NCBI GenBank assembly: GCA_020630195.1
Contig: JAHDBV010000004.1
Span: 6,990 to 70,989 of the forward strand
From: Acidimicrobiales bacterium
Lineage (GTDB): Bacteria; Actinomycetota; Acidimicrobiia; Acidimicrobiales; SZUA-35
Direction of reading: 5' to 3'
DNA: 64,000 nt
The notes beneath the pieces were generated by a model. That model did not search any database, was not told the origin of the DNA, and saw only the letters and a program-made list of their open reading frames with translations. The stretch's first letter is position 1; every line of letters starts with the position of its first letter. Both the position numbers and the translations under genes were made by a program. Below, one piece after another: positions 47,274 to 56,162 of the stretch.

Positions 47274-47316
47274 CGGTGGGACAACGGAGTGAGACACCAG
47301 CGTTCCTGGAGGAATC

Positions 47317-48888
47317 ATGTCCGTGCTCGAGACAGCCACCGTCGACGAACCCGTCGCCGTTCGTCATCCGTCGCCACCGGTTCAACCCGCCTCGTCGGGC
47401 TTCGTGCTGGCGATCGTGTTGGGCCTGGGGGCGATCTTCATGCTCGGCCTGGTGGCGATCGCCGGCATCGGTCTCGCCACGGCCGACGGTGCGCCACCGA
47501 CGCCATCGACGACGATCGACGTGTCGCTGAGTGAGTTCCGGATCGATGGTGCACTCGTGGCGCCGGCCGGAGAGGTGACCCTGCGGATCACGAACGCGGG
47601 CTCGATGTCGCACAACGTGGCGGTCACCGAGCTCGACGTCGTCAGCCAGAACGTCGGCCCGGGTGGGGTGACCGAGCTGGCGCTCGGCGAGCTCGCGCCC
47701 GGCGCGTACGAGCTGTTCTGCGACATCGCCGGCCATCGCGAGTCCGGCATGGTCACCACGCTGACGATCACGGGCGACGGGTCTGAACTCGCCGCCGACG
47801 GACACGCCGGCCATGGCCACGGTGCCGACACCGACTGGCAGGCGATGGACGAGGCGATGATGGCGACGATGCTCGCCTTCCCGGCTGAGACCGAGGGCAC
47901 CGGCAATCCGGTGCTCGAACCGACCGAGATCCTCGCCGACGGCACCAAGGTCTTCGATCTGACCGCCGAGATCGTCGACTGGGAGGTCGAGCCGGGCAAG
48001 TTCGTGGAGGCCTGGACGTACAACGGCGTCGTGCCGGCCCCCCAGATCCTGCTGGATCGGGGCGACACCGTCGACATCCGCATCCACAACGAGCTCCCGA
48101 TGAGCACCGACGTCCACTGGCACGGGGTACACACCCCGAACGACATGGACGGCGTGGCGCCCTACACCCAGGAGATGATCACGCCGGGTGAGACCTTCAC
48201 CTACTCGTTCACCGCCCACCACGATGCGATCGGGATGTATCACGCCCACCACCACGGGCAGATGCAGGTCGTGAACGGCATGTTCGGTGCCATCCGGATC
48301 GGGGAGAACCCCGTTCCCTACGGCGGCACCTTCAGCGGCGTGTACATCCCGGAGGACCTCGAGCTCGCCGCCGACATCCCGATGGTGCTCAACGACGCCG
48401 GCACGATCGGTCTGAGCCTCAACGGCAAGAGCTTCCCGGCGACCGAACCTCTCGTGCTCGAGCAGGGCGACTGGGCGTCGGTCACGTACTACAACGAAGG
48501 GCTCCAGATCCATCCGATGCACCTGCATCAGTTCCCGCAGCTGGTCTACGCGAAGGACGGCGTGCCGCTCGACCATCCGTATTGGGTCGACACACTGAAC
48601 GTGGCACCCGGCGAGCGGTACACCGTGCTGTTCCGGGCCGACGATGCGGGCACCTGGGTCTGGCACTGCCACATCCTGAACCACGTCGAGCGTGACACCG
48701 GGATGTTCGGCATGGTCACGGCGATCGTCGTCACACCGAACCCCGGGTTCGATCCCGAGGAGAATCCGGTGGCGCCGAGCAACTGGCGCAATGTCGGCAC
48801 CAGCGCCGACGGCCCGGTGACGGCCGACGTCGATCGCGATCACGGAGCGGGCGACGGCGCACACACCCACAGCGCCGACGGCGCCTGA
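47317..48888 (+). CDS. Membrane-anchored multicopper oxidase with N-terminal cupredoxin (type-1 Cu) domain
   Basis: TM anchor FVLAIVLGLGAIFMLGLVAIAGI. The cupredoxin has H/C/H/M ligands (SMSHNV...FCDIAGHRESGM). The MCO copper motifs are HWHG, MYHAHHHG, HPMHLH and WHCHILNHVERDTGM. Confidence 0.85.
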   Translation: MSVLETATVDEPVAVRHPSPPVQPASSGFVLAIVLGLGAIFMLGLVAIAGIGLATADGAPPTPSTTIDVSLSEFRIDGALVAPAGEVTLRITNAGSMSHNVAVTELDVVSQNVGPGGVTELALGELAPGAYELFCDIAGHRESGMVTTLTITGDGSELAADGHAGHGHGADTDWQAMDEAMMATMLAFPAETEGTGNPVLEPTEILADGTKVFDLTAEIVDWEVEPGKFVEAWTYNGVVPAPQILLDRGDTVDIRIHNELPMSTDVHWHGVHTPNDMDGVAPYTQEMITPGETFTYSFTAHHDAIGMYHAHHHGQMQVVNGMFGAIRIGENPVPYGGTFSGVYIPEDLELAADIPMVLNDAGTIGLSLNGKSFPATEPLVLEQGDWASVTYYNEGLQIHPMHLHQFPQLVYAKDGVPLDHPYWVDTLNVAPGERYTVLFRADDAGTWVWHCHILNHVERDTGMFGMVTAIVVTPNPGFDPEENPVAPSNWRNVGTSADGPVTADVDRDHGAGDGAHTHSADGA

Positions 48889-48941
48889 GCTCCGTCCGAG
48901 GCGGTCGGGGCGGAGTCCGCTCCGACCGCCTCGGGTGTCCG

Positions 48942-50180
48942 TCAGGCGGCGGCGCGGGTCTTGCGGAGCACCGGGTCGGCGGCTGCCAGGGTCCGGTCGG
49001 CCAGTCGCAACACCGTGCCGGCGGCGCCCGGGGTCTCGGAGTCGACGAGGTTGCCCATCACCTGGAGGGTGATGTCGGCGATGGCCTGGGTGCCCACGGC
49101 CACCCGCAGCCCGGAGCGCAGGATCCAGGGGTGGCCGATGAGGAACGAGAAGCGGCGGCCGGTGCGGAGGAAGGCATCGAAGCGTTCCCCGACCTCCACG
49201 TCGTATCGCTCGGCGGCGGTGGCCGGGTCGGCGAGGAAGAGGTCGCTGAGGAGCATCCCCGACTCGAGGCCGTAGTCGATGCCCTCGCCGTTCATCGGGT
49301 TGACGAGACCGGCGGCGTCGCCCACGGCCACCCAGCCGGGGCCGTGGCGCTTCTGGGTCGACATCGGCAGACGCCACGCCCGGGGCCGTTCCTCGAACTC
49401 GCCCAGTTCCCACTCGTCCTGCACGAGCCCGCGGTAGGCCTCGAGCAGCTTGTTGAGGTTGAGCTTCTTGAAGCCCTTCATGGTCGACAGTGCGCCACAA
49501 CCGATGTTCACGGTGCCGTCGCCGGCGGGGAACATCCAGCCGTAGCCCGGCACGGCGGTGCCGTGTTCGTCCGAGAGCGTGAGGCACGCCTCGAGGTGGG
49601 CATCCGCGTGGCGGGGCGAGGTCGCGTAGGTGCGGATGGCGAGGCCGAACGGCTCGTCCTCCATGCGGACCGCGCCCAGCATGCGGGCGACCTTGCCGGG
49701 GGCGCCGGTGGCGGCGACGGTCATGGGGGCGCGCACCTCACCACCGGGGTGACGGACGCCGATCACGCGGTCGCCGTCGAGCACCGGTTCGGCTTCGACC
49801 GAATAGCGGATGTCGGCACCGGCCTCGGCGGCGGCGTCGATGAGTGCGGCGTCGAGGCGGCGGCGGGGCCAGACGGCACCGTGCCCCGGGAAGCGGGCCG
49901 AGGAGGGCCAATCGAGTTCGCGACGGGTCTTGCCGGCGATCATCCGCAGGCCCTGGATCCGGTGGGCGTCGTCGAGGTCGATGTCGAGTTCGTTCAGCGC
50001 CGCCACGGCGCGGGGAGTGAGGCCGTCGCCGCAGACCTTGTCGCGGCCGTGGGCGCCCTTCTCGAACACGATCACCTTCGCTCCGCCACGGGCGGCGCGA
50101 ATGGCGGTGGCGGCCCCCGCGGGCCCGCCGCCGATCACGACGACGTCGGCGGTTTCGTGAGCGTTGCCGGTGGTGTCCAC
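48942..50180 (-). CDS. Geranylgeranyl reductase family FAD-dependent oxidoreductase (MenJ-like)
   Basis: GTG at 50180 is preceded by GGAGGG. FAD motif DVVVIGGGPAGAATA, and CGDGLTPRAV typical of the family. About 412 aa. Confidence 0.8.
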   Translation of the reverse strand: MDTTGNAHETADVVVIGGGPAGAATAIRAARGGAKVIVFEKGAHGRDKVCGDGLTPRAVAALNELDIDLDDAHRIQGLRMIAGKTRRELDWPSSARFPGHGAVWPRRRLDAALIDAAAEAGADIRYSVEAEPVLDGDRVIGVRHPGGEVRAPMTVAATGAPGKVARMLGAVRMEDEPFGLAIRTYATSPRHADAHLEACLTLSDEHGTAVPGYGWMFPAGDGTVNIGCGALSTMKGFKKLNLNKLLEAYRGLVQDEWELGEFEERPRAWRLPMSTQKRHGPGWVAVGDAAGLVNPMNGEGIDYGLESGMLLSDLFLADPATAAERYDVEVGERFDAFLRTGRRFSFLIGHPWILRSGLRVAVGTQAIADITLQVMGNLVDSETPGAAGTVLRLADRTLAAADPVLRKTRAAA

Positions 50181-50308
50181 CCCTCCAGCGTGCCCGATCC
50201 CGGCGGTCTTTCCCTGATCGAACGACCGTGTCGCCCGACACGTGGTCGCCGGGTCGATCGGGCGGCCCACTGGACCGCTGGCCCGCCCCGCGGGACACTG
50301 GCTGCGTG

Positions 50309-51859
50309 ATGCAACAGTTGAGCGGGCTGGATGCGAGCTTCCTCTCGATGGAGAGCAGCACGACGGTGGGTCATGTCACCGGCGTGTTGTTCCTCGATCC
50401 GTCGACCTCACCGGAGCCGTGGACCTTCGAACGATTCCAGCGCCACCTGCGCTCGGTGCTGGCCGATCTCGGCCCGTTCAGCCGCAAGTTGGTGGAGGTC
50501 CCCTTCGGGCTCGACCGGCCGTATTGGATCAACGATCCCGATGTCGACTTCGACTACCACGTGCGCCATGTCGCCGTGCCGGGGGACGGCACGCGGGATG
50601 ATCTGGCCGATCTGGTGGCCCGGATCCACGCCCGCCCACTCGACCGTCGACGTCCGCTCTGGGAGGCCTACGTCGTCGACGGGGTCTTCGGCGACAAGAT
50701 CGCCCTGATCACCAAGATCCACCACGCCGCCATCGACGGGCTCTCCGGGCAGGAGATCCTCGCCGCGCTCGTCTCGCTCGATCCGGCCGAGCCGGTGAAG
50801 GACGACCCGGGCACGATCGAACGCGAAGAGGCGCTCTCGTCCGAGGAGGTGCTCGGTCGGGCACTGCTCGGGCTCGTGTCGTCGCCGGTCCGCATGATCC
50901 AGGTGGGCACCCAACTCGCCCGGGCCCTGCCGGTGCTCGGCCCCAGCCTCGGCCGTCTGTCGCCGGTGGCTCGGGGCGACGAGTCGCGTCGGGAGCTCGT
51001 GTCCCGTGTCGGTTCGGCGCCTCGCACCCCGTTCAACGCCATGATCGGCCCGCATCGGCGCTGGTCGTTCGTGTCGGTGCCGCTCGCCGATGTGAAGGCG
51101 ATCAAGAACGAAGCCGGCACCACCGTGAACGACGTCGTCCTGGCGATCGTGTCCGGCGTGCTGCGCCGCTGGCTCGAGGAGAACGGCGGCGTTCCGGACC
51201 GACCGCTCGCGGCGATGGTGCCGCTCTCGGTCCGCCGTCCGGATCAGGCCAACGCGGTCGGCAACTTCGTCTCGTCGACGATCGCCACCCTCGCCACCCA
51301 CCTCGAGTCGCCGGGTGAGCGCCTGTCGGCGATCCACGACGGCATGGTGCACGCGAAGACGACGTCGGGTGCGCTCGGCGCCGACATCCTCGCTGACATC
51401 ACCCAGGTGGCCCCGCCAGCGGTGGCCGCACTCGCCGGCCGGTTGATCGCCTCGACGAAGCTCGCCGACCGGATGACGCTGCCGTTCAACGTGGTGGTGT
51501 CGAACGTGCCCGGCCCGCCCGTGCCGCTCTACCTGGCCGGTGCCGAGGTGATCGGCCACTACCCGGTGTCGGCCATCGTCGACGGGGTCGGTCTGAACAT
51601 CACGGTGGTGTCGACCAACGGCAATCTCGACTTCGGCTTCGTGTCCGATCGGGATCTGGTGGCCGACCTGTGGGCGATGTCCGACGTCATCCCGGAGGTC
51701 GTGGCCGAGCTCGCCGAGTCGGTCGGGGCGACCCTGCCGTCGGCGGCTGCCGCGGCCCCGGCGAAGAAGAAGCCCGCCGCGAAGAAGGCCGCGCCGAAGA
51801 AGGCCACCAAGAAGCCGGCGGCCAAGAAGAAGCCGGCGGCGAAGAAGTCGGCCGGCTGA
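50309..51859 (+). CDS. Wax ester synthase / diacylglycerol acyltransferase (WS/DGAT) with C-terminal Lys/Ala/Pro-rich tail
   Basis: ATG at 50309 (MQQLSGLDASFLSMES). Active-site HHxxxDG (HHAAIDGLSG). C-terminal family blocks NVPGP..PLY.AGA. The last 37 aa are PAKK-type repeats. Confidence 0.9.
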   Translation: MQQLSGLDASFLSMESSTTVGHVTGVLFLDPSTSPEPWTFERFQRHLRSVLADLGPFSRKLVEVPFGLDRPYWINDPDVDFDYHVRHVAVPGDGTRDDLADLVARIHARPLDRRRPLWEAYVVDGVFGDKIALITKIHHAAIDGLSGQEILAALVSLDPAEPVKDDPGTIEREEALSSEEVLGRALLGLVSSPVRMIQVGTQLARALPVLGPSLGRLSPVARGDESRRELVSRVGSAPRTPFNAMIGPHRRWSFVSVPLADVKAIKNEAGTTVNDVVLAIVSGVLRRWLEENGGVPDRPLAAMVPLSVRRPDQANAVGNFVSSTIATLATHLESPGERLSAIHDGMVHAKTTSGALGADILADITQVAPPAVAALAGRLIASTKLADRMTLPFNVVVSNVPGPPVPLYLAGAEVIGHYPVSAIVDGVGLNITVVSTNGNLDFGFVSDRDLVADLWAMSDVIPEVVAELAESVGATLPSAAAAAPAKKKPAAKKAAPKKATKKPAAKKKPAAKKSAG

Positions 51860-51868
51860 GGCCGGCGG

Positions 51869-52996
51869 CTACTCCCAGAGCGAGACGACGAGCCCGCGGT
51901 CGGCGGGGATGTCCCCCTGCACGACCGACACCCAGGCCCCGGCGACACTCTCGGCCGACACGGCGTGGTCGACCGCGATCCAGTCGGCCGCGGCCTCGAT
52001 GAAGGCGGCCCAGGAGGTGGCGAGGCGGGCCTCGTACTCCTCGCGGCCCCACTCTCCGATGCGGTTGACGATGTGGTCGGGGGCGAAGAAGAACTCGCGG
52101 TCGGGGCCGGGCATCTCGGCCTGCCCACCGAGGGCTTCCCAGTGGGTGCCGCCCACGATGACCGAGCGCAGGAGGTGGGTGCCGGCAGCGGTGTGGGCCT
52201 CGGCGACCACCTCGCTGTTGCCGGCGAAGTCGATGAGGGCCGACGGGCCGACGGGTGACCAGTCGGCGATGGCGTCGTAGCCGATCACCTGGTCGTACAC
52301 GCCGGTGCTCTCCACCTGCTCGATCCGGCTCGGTGAGGTGAACCCGACGACCCGGGCCCGGCCGCTCGCGTGCAGCAGGTGGGCGAGTGCGAGGGCCGTC
52401 TTCGACGAGGCGCTCGTGAGGGCGACCTCGGCGAGCTCGTCGCCGGTGGCGAGGGCGGCGTCGATGAGGAACGAGGTGGTGAACAGTGGCCGGAACAACA
52501 TCTGGTCGTCCTCGGTGCCGATCTCGAAGCCCGGGTCGGCGGCGACGCGGGTGTAGCCGTTGTAGACCGGCGGCAGGGCGGCGCGGTGCTCGGCGGCGTC
52601 GACGAACGACGTCGGGCCGACCTTGGCCGGAGTGACCGTGAGGTGGGTCGACATCGGGAAGTAGCCGTAGATGCGTTCGCCGACGGCGAGTTCGTCGACG
52701 GTCGACTCGCTGATGTCGGCGAAGCCCCACACCGGGACGCGGCCCCAGCCCTCGGGGGCGGGGAAGAACTTCCAGTAGCCCATCATCTCGCCGAAGGCGG
52801 CGTAGGTGACGTTGTTGGCCGTGAGGCTGAAGGTGTCGATGCGCAGCCGCACCTCACCATCGGCGAGGGGAGCGAGCTCCTCGGTGACGATGTCGGTCCG
52901 GGCGATGTCGCCGGGGGCGACCAGGACGTGTTCGTTGCGGGCTTCGTGAGCGGCGTCGTCGGCGATGGCCATGCCGGCGACGCTAGCGACGAACAT
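51869..52996 (-). CDS. DUF2855 family protein (MDR-like fold, function unknown)
   Basis: The pattern ...FSLTANNVTYAAFGEMMGYWKFFP...WGRVPVWGFADI..S....L.VGERIYGYFPM..HL is as in DUF2855 proteins. The start may be the ATG at 52972. Confidence 0.65.
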   Translation of the reverse strand: MFVASVAGMAIADDAAHEARNEHVLVAPGDIARTDIVTEELAPLADGEVRLRIDTFSLTANNVTYAAFGEMMGYWKFFPAPEGWGRVPVWGFADISESTVDELAVGERIYGYFPMSTHLTVTPAKVGPTSFVDAAEHRAALPPVYNGYTRVAADPGFEIGTEDDQMLFRPLFTTSFLIDAALATGDELAEVALTSASSKTALALAHLLHASGRARVVGFTSPSRIEQVESTGVYDQVIGYDAIADWSPVGPSALIDFAGNSEVVAEAHTAAGTHLLRSVIVGGTHWEALGGQAEMPGPDREFFFAPDHIVNRIGEWGREEYEARLATSWAAFIEAAADWIAVDHAVSAESVAGAWVSVVQGDIPADRGLVVSLWE

Positions 52997-53110
52997 GCGA
53001 CGGATCGAACGGCGGCATGCGGTGACCTCCGGCAGCCGCGCTGGTGAGGACGAGGAGCAGTCGCACGTGTCCGACCATCGGATGAATCCGATCGGGTGGC
53101 TGCACCGGAT

Positions 53111-54034
53111 TCACCCTGCGGCCTCCGCATCCGATGCGTTCTCGGGACGAACGACGAGCACGGGGCACGGCGATTCACGCACAACTCGCATCGCGACACT
53201 CCCGAAGAGGAGGCGAGCGATCGACGGTCGGCGGTGACTCGCGACGATCACGGCGGCGATGGCCGGATCGGCGGCTCGCCGGACGATCGCATCGGCGGGA
53301 TCCCGGCCTTCCTCGATGACCAGCTTCGCCAGCCGACCGGAGTCGTCGTGCATGGCCTGCGCGGTTCGCGTGTGGTGCCTGAGACGCTCCCGGGTCGAGC
53401 GCCAGGTGGCGTGCTCGACGATCCGGTCCGCGGTGCTGCCGGTCCGGACGTGGACGAGGTCGACGTCGAGGCCATAGGCGTGCGACCAGCCTGTCGCGAG
53501 GTGTGCGATCCGATCATTGAGGTGTGCGTCGTCCGCGCCGACGATCAGGCGCCCGGCACCAGGTGTGGCGGCGGTCGTCCGCTGGCAACCCTGGCCCACG
53601 ATCAGAACCGGACCGCCGGTGAGCTGGAGGACGTTCTCGGCGAATGATCCGCGGAGCTCGCCGGTGCGGGCGTGTCCGGGGTCGGTGCACACGACGAGGG
53701 TGTTGTCCTCGCTTGTCTGCTCGCGGTGCATCATCTCGGCGATCCACGACGAGGCGGACCTCGACGTCGTCTCGACGATGCGTTGGTCGGCCGTCACGTC
53801 CGCCTCGAGTAGCTGACGGTCGATGATGCGGGTGATCTCGCGCTCCGACCCCGGATTCACGGCCGAGAAGGTCACGAGCTCCGCATCCGAGGCCTTCGCG
53901 AGGGCGGCGGCGGTCGGGATCGCCGCTGCGCCGCGGTCGCTCCCATCGAGCGCCACGACGATCCGTGTGTAAGGCGGAGCGGCGACCGGGTGCCGCTGCA
54001 TCGGATGGTCCGGTTTCTCGGTATGACCCTGCAT
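53111..54034 (-). CDS. Tandem universal stress protein (two USP domains)
   Basis: ATG at 54034 or 54001. The repeats are RIVVALDGSDRGAAAIPTA...LVVCTD...GPVLIVG and LIVGADDAHLNDRIAHLA...VIVASHRRPSIARLLFGSVAMRVVRESPCPVLVV. Confidence 0.85.
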   Translation of the reverse strand: MQGHTEKPDHPMQRHPVAAPPYTRIVVALDGSDRGAAAIPTAAALAKASDAELVTFSAVNPGSEREITRIIDRQLLEADVTADQRIVETTSRSASSWIAEMMHREQTSEDNTLVVCTDPGHARTGELRGSFAENVLQLTGGPVLIVGQGCQRTTAATPGAGRLIVGADDAHLNDRIAHLATGWSHAYGLDVDLVHVRTGSTADRIVEHATWRSTRERLRHHTRTAQAMHDDSGRLAKLVIEEGRDPADAIVRRAADPAIAAVIVASHRRPSIARLLFGSVAMRVVRESPCPVLVVRPENASDAEAAG

Positions 54035-54070
54035 GGACGTGAGATTGGACGGCGTCTGTTCTCGCGAACA

Positions 54071-54084
54071 GGGCCTGAAGTCCC
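54071..54084. promoter_or_regulatory. DosR-box-like element GGGCCTGAAGTCCC upstream of the tandem USP gene
   Basis: It matches 12 of 14 positions of the core of the M. tuberculosis DosR consensus (GGGACTWWAGTCCC). It lies 37-50 nt upstream of the ATG at 54034 on the minus strand. Confidence 0.4.
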
Positions 54085-54164
54085 GGAGGTCGTCGGCACC
54101 CCATCCGGGTCCGTTGGCTCCGCGAGCTCGCGGGGGACTCGCCGAGGGATCGGTGGTGTCGGGT

Positions 54165-54782
54165 GCGTCGTATGTGTGGAGTGGGTCGACATCGGAAGGG
54201 CGCGGGTTGGAACGTCCGGATGGTGGACGGTTCGCGGCGACGGTGTTCGACAGTGCGGCGGTCGAGATCGATGTGACGTTCACTGAGGACTGGTCGGGTC
54301 CGGTGCACGTGTATTCGTTGGATTGGGATTGGGGTGGTCGTGCTCAGTCGGTGTCGGTGGGTGATGGTGCTGCGGTTGGGGTGAGCTCGTTCGGTGGTGG
54401 CGTGTGGACCTCGGCGATGGTTGATGCCGTTGCGGGTGAGACGGTGCGGGTGCGTGTGGAGCGAACCGCCGGCGCGAACGCGGTGGTGTCGGCGGTGTTG
54501 CTTGGTGATGCGGTGCCGTCGGGTGGTGCGGTGGCGTTGCCGCCGGTCGAGTCGGGTTCGGGTGATTGGTCGGGTCTGGTTGGTGCTGATGGGGCGTTCG
54601 TGGCCGGCCGGTTGCCGTCGCCGACGTTGCCGGGTGGTGTGGCGTCGTTCTCTGTGGCTGGTGGTGCGGCCTATACGTGGAACTGGGACTCGTCGGAAGA
54701 TCGGGCTGTCGAGGATCCGGGTCGGGACGGGCGCATCGGCGCCGCCTGGTACGCGGCTGGTGAGGTCGCGATCGATGCCCGA
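54165..54782 (+). pseudogene. Internal fragment of a larger secreted-protein gene (one full and one truncated repeat of a W/D-rich beta domain), no start or signal peptide
   Basis: The repeat is ASYVWSGSTSEGRGLE...AATVFDSAAVEIDVTF...VHVYSLDWDWGGRAQSVSVGD...VRVRVERTAGANAVVSAVLLGD. A second copy starts GAAYTWNWDSSEDRAVED...AAWYAAGEVAIDA and then decays. The strand is strongly GT-rich with T-ending codons, unlike the rest of the window. No plausible start codon precedes it. Confidence 0.5.
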
Positions 54783-55126
54783 TGTATTGGTCGATTGCGG
54801 TGGCTCGGCGGAGGAAGTCCGTGCGATCGCTGCAGCGGTCGCTGGGTTCTGCGCCGCTTCGCCTTGGTGGCCGTTGGGAGAGTGACGGGTGTGAGCCTTC
54901 CGTGGTGGTGGACGGCGCCGGCAGAACAGCCGCCCGGTTCGAGATGGGTGTCATCGGGGCTCACTACGATCGACGCCGTCGAACGTCAACGTCGCGATCG
55001 CCGTGGACGATGGTCGTGACATCGGTTGGGATGCCTCGAGCGGCTCGCAAACGAGCTTCTACATCGTGACCGTCAAGCCGGGTGAAGGCGTGTGGACTGC
55101 TCATCCGGGGCTGCGAGGGTGGGCGG

Positions 55127-55435
55127 ATGATTGCACTGTCGATACGTCGGAGCCTCTTCGATCCGGGCAGCGAGGTCGATCTCGTCACCGGGATCACGAT
55201 TCCCGACTGGGATGACCTCGAGGGTGTGAGCCTTCTCCGCTCTGTGGACTACTACGAAGACTCAGCCTTCAACTACCACCTCCTTGAGAAGCTCCTCGAG
55301 GAAGTGGATGGCTGGTTGGCCTATGAACGAGGTCGCTCGGACTCGGAAGACCGTTGTGGGACGATCGCTGCGGTGCGAGAGGCCCTGGCCGGGGCCTACA
55401 GCCGGCGACAGTACGCGGTCTTCTTGTCGCTCTAG
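55127..55435 (+). CDS. Hypothetical small protein (102 aa)
   Basis: ATG at 55127 is preceded by GGGTGGGCGG. The sequence is protein-like and non-repetitive (MIALSIRRSLFDPGSEVDLVTGITIPDWDDLEGVSLLRSVDYYEDSAFNYHLLEKLLEEVDGWLAYE...). GC is lower than its surroundings. Confidence 0.5.
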   Translation: MIALSIRRSLFDPGSEVDLVTGITIPDWDDLEGVSLLRSVDYYEDSAFNYHLLEKLLEEVDGWLAYERGRSDSEDRCGTIAAVREALAGAYSRRQYAVFLSL

Positions 55436-55619
55436 CTCGGGAAGACCCCGGATCGTCGTCCTCCCCGCCCGAGATCCTGTCGGCGCCCTCTCGGAAGATC
55501 CTCCACTGCGAGGTGACCGAGCACCGCGACCCCGCACGTCGGCGATGATCAGAGACGGGCGCCCATCGGGGTGTGACAGTGGTGCATGCCTAGCGCCATT
55601 TGGCGGGTAGGAGGCTCTA

Positions 55620-56162
55620 GTGGGAGAGAGTGCAGTGCTGGGTTCAGCCGACGAGGCCGGCAAGAAGGAGTACGTCGGGTATGTCTGGGTCGATGATGAG
55701 CCGGGGATCAGGTTGAGTGTCTGGGCCGAGTCAGCTACCGAGGCCGGTGAGCTCATTGACGCCGAGTTTGGCGAAGGCAGCGTTCATTCCGTCTGGAACG
55801 AAGAAGACGCGTCCCGGCCGCGATCAGCTGAGGAAGTCAGTGAGCCTTCCGGCGCTGAGCACGTAGGGAGCGAAGATGTCGGGGAGGTGGAGCCGCCAGA
55901 GGCGCGCCCGCATCGCAGACAGCCAGGCATAACTACGACGTGGACCATGAGTCTTCGTGTGTGGTGTCCTCGTTGCGGCCAGGGCTGGGTGCAGCTGTAC
56001 GACGACGGTTCGCGTCGTCCCTTCTGGGTTTGCGACGAGTGCGAAGGTGTCTGGGTGCGGGACGAGATCGACCCCTCGCCCGACGATGATCTCGAGACAT
56101 TCCTCCGCCGTGAGCGAGGCGGTGGTGGGTGGTCGTCGCTGCGTCTCTGGGATGCCGGATGA
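55620..56162 (+). CDS. Hypothetical protein with C-terminal CxxC...CxxC zinc-ribbon
   Basis: The GTG at 55620 lies 5 nt after a strong AGGAGG. The N-terminal module is KEYVGYVWVDDEPGIRLSVWAES.... The C-terminal module is VWCPRCGQGWVQLYDDGSRRPFWVCDECEGVWV. No family recognised. Confidence 0.5.
   Translation: MGESAVLGSADEAGKKEYVGYVWVDDEPGIRLSVWAESATEAGELIDAEFGEGSVHSVWNEEDASRPRSAEEVSEPSGAEHVGSEDVGEVEPPEARPHRRQPGITTTWTMSLRVWCPRCGQGWVQLYDDGSRRPFWVCDECEGVWVRDEIDPSPDDDLETFLRRERGGGGWSSLRLWDAG

Noticed and set aside
47317-48888. Copper-containing nitrite reductase (NirK) as identity of the copper protein
   Set aside because: The motif set (HWHG, HAHHHG, HPMHLH, HCHxxxHxxxxGM) is that of trinuclear-cluster multicopper oxidases, not the NirK type-2 site pattern.
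46888-49587. 899-aa minus-strand ORF spanning the kinase start, the multicopper oxidase and the reductase gene
   Set aside because: It crosses three well-supported genes on both strands and is Arg/Pro/Gly-rich with no motifs. The copper-ligand motifs and the FAD motif occur only in the other frames or strands.
54280-54954. 224-aa Pro/His/Thr-rich minus-strand ORF (…PHHQPQRTTPHHPATSATATG…)
   Set aside because: It is the complement of a strongly GT-rich plus strand, so its repetitive P/H/T/Q composition is a by-product. The plus strand encodes a recognisable repeat-domain fragment.
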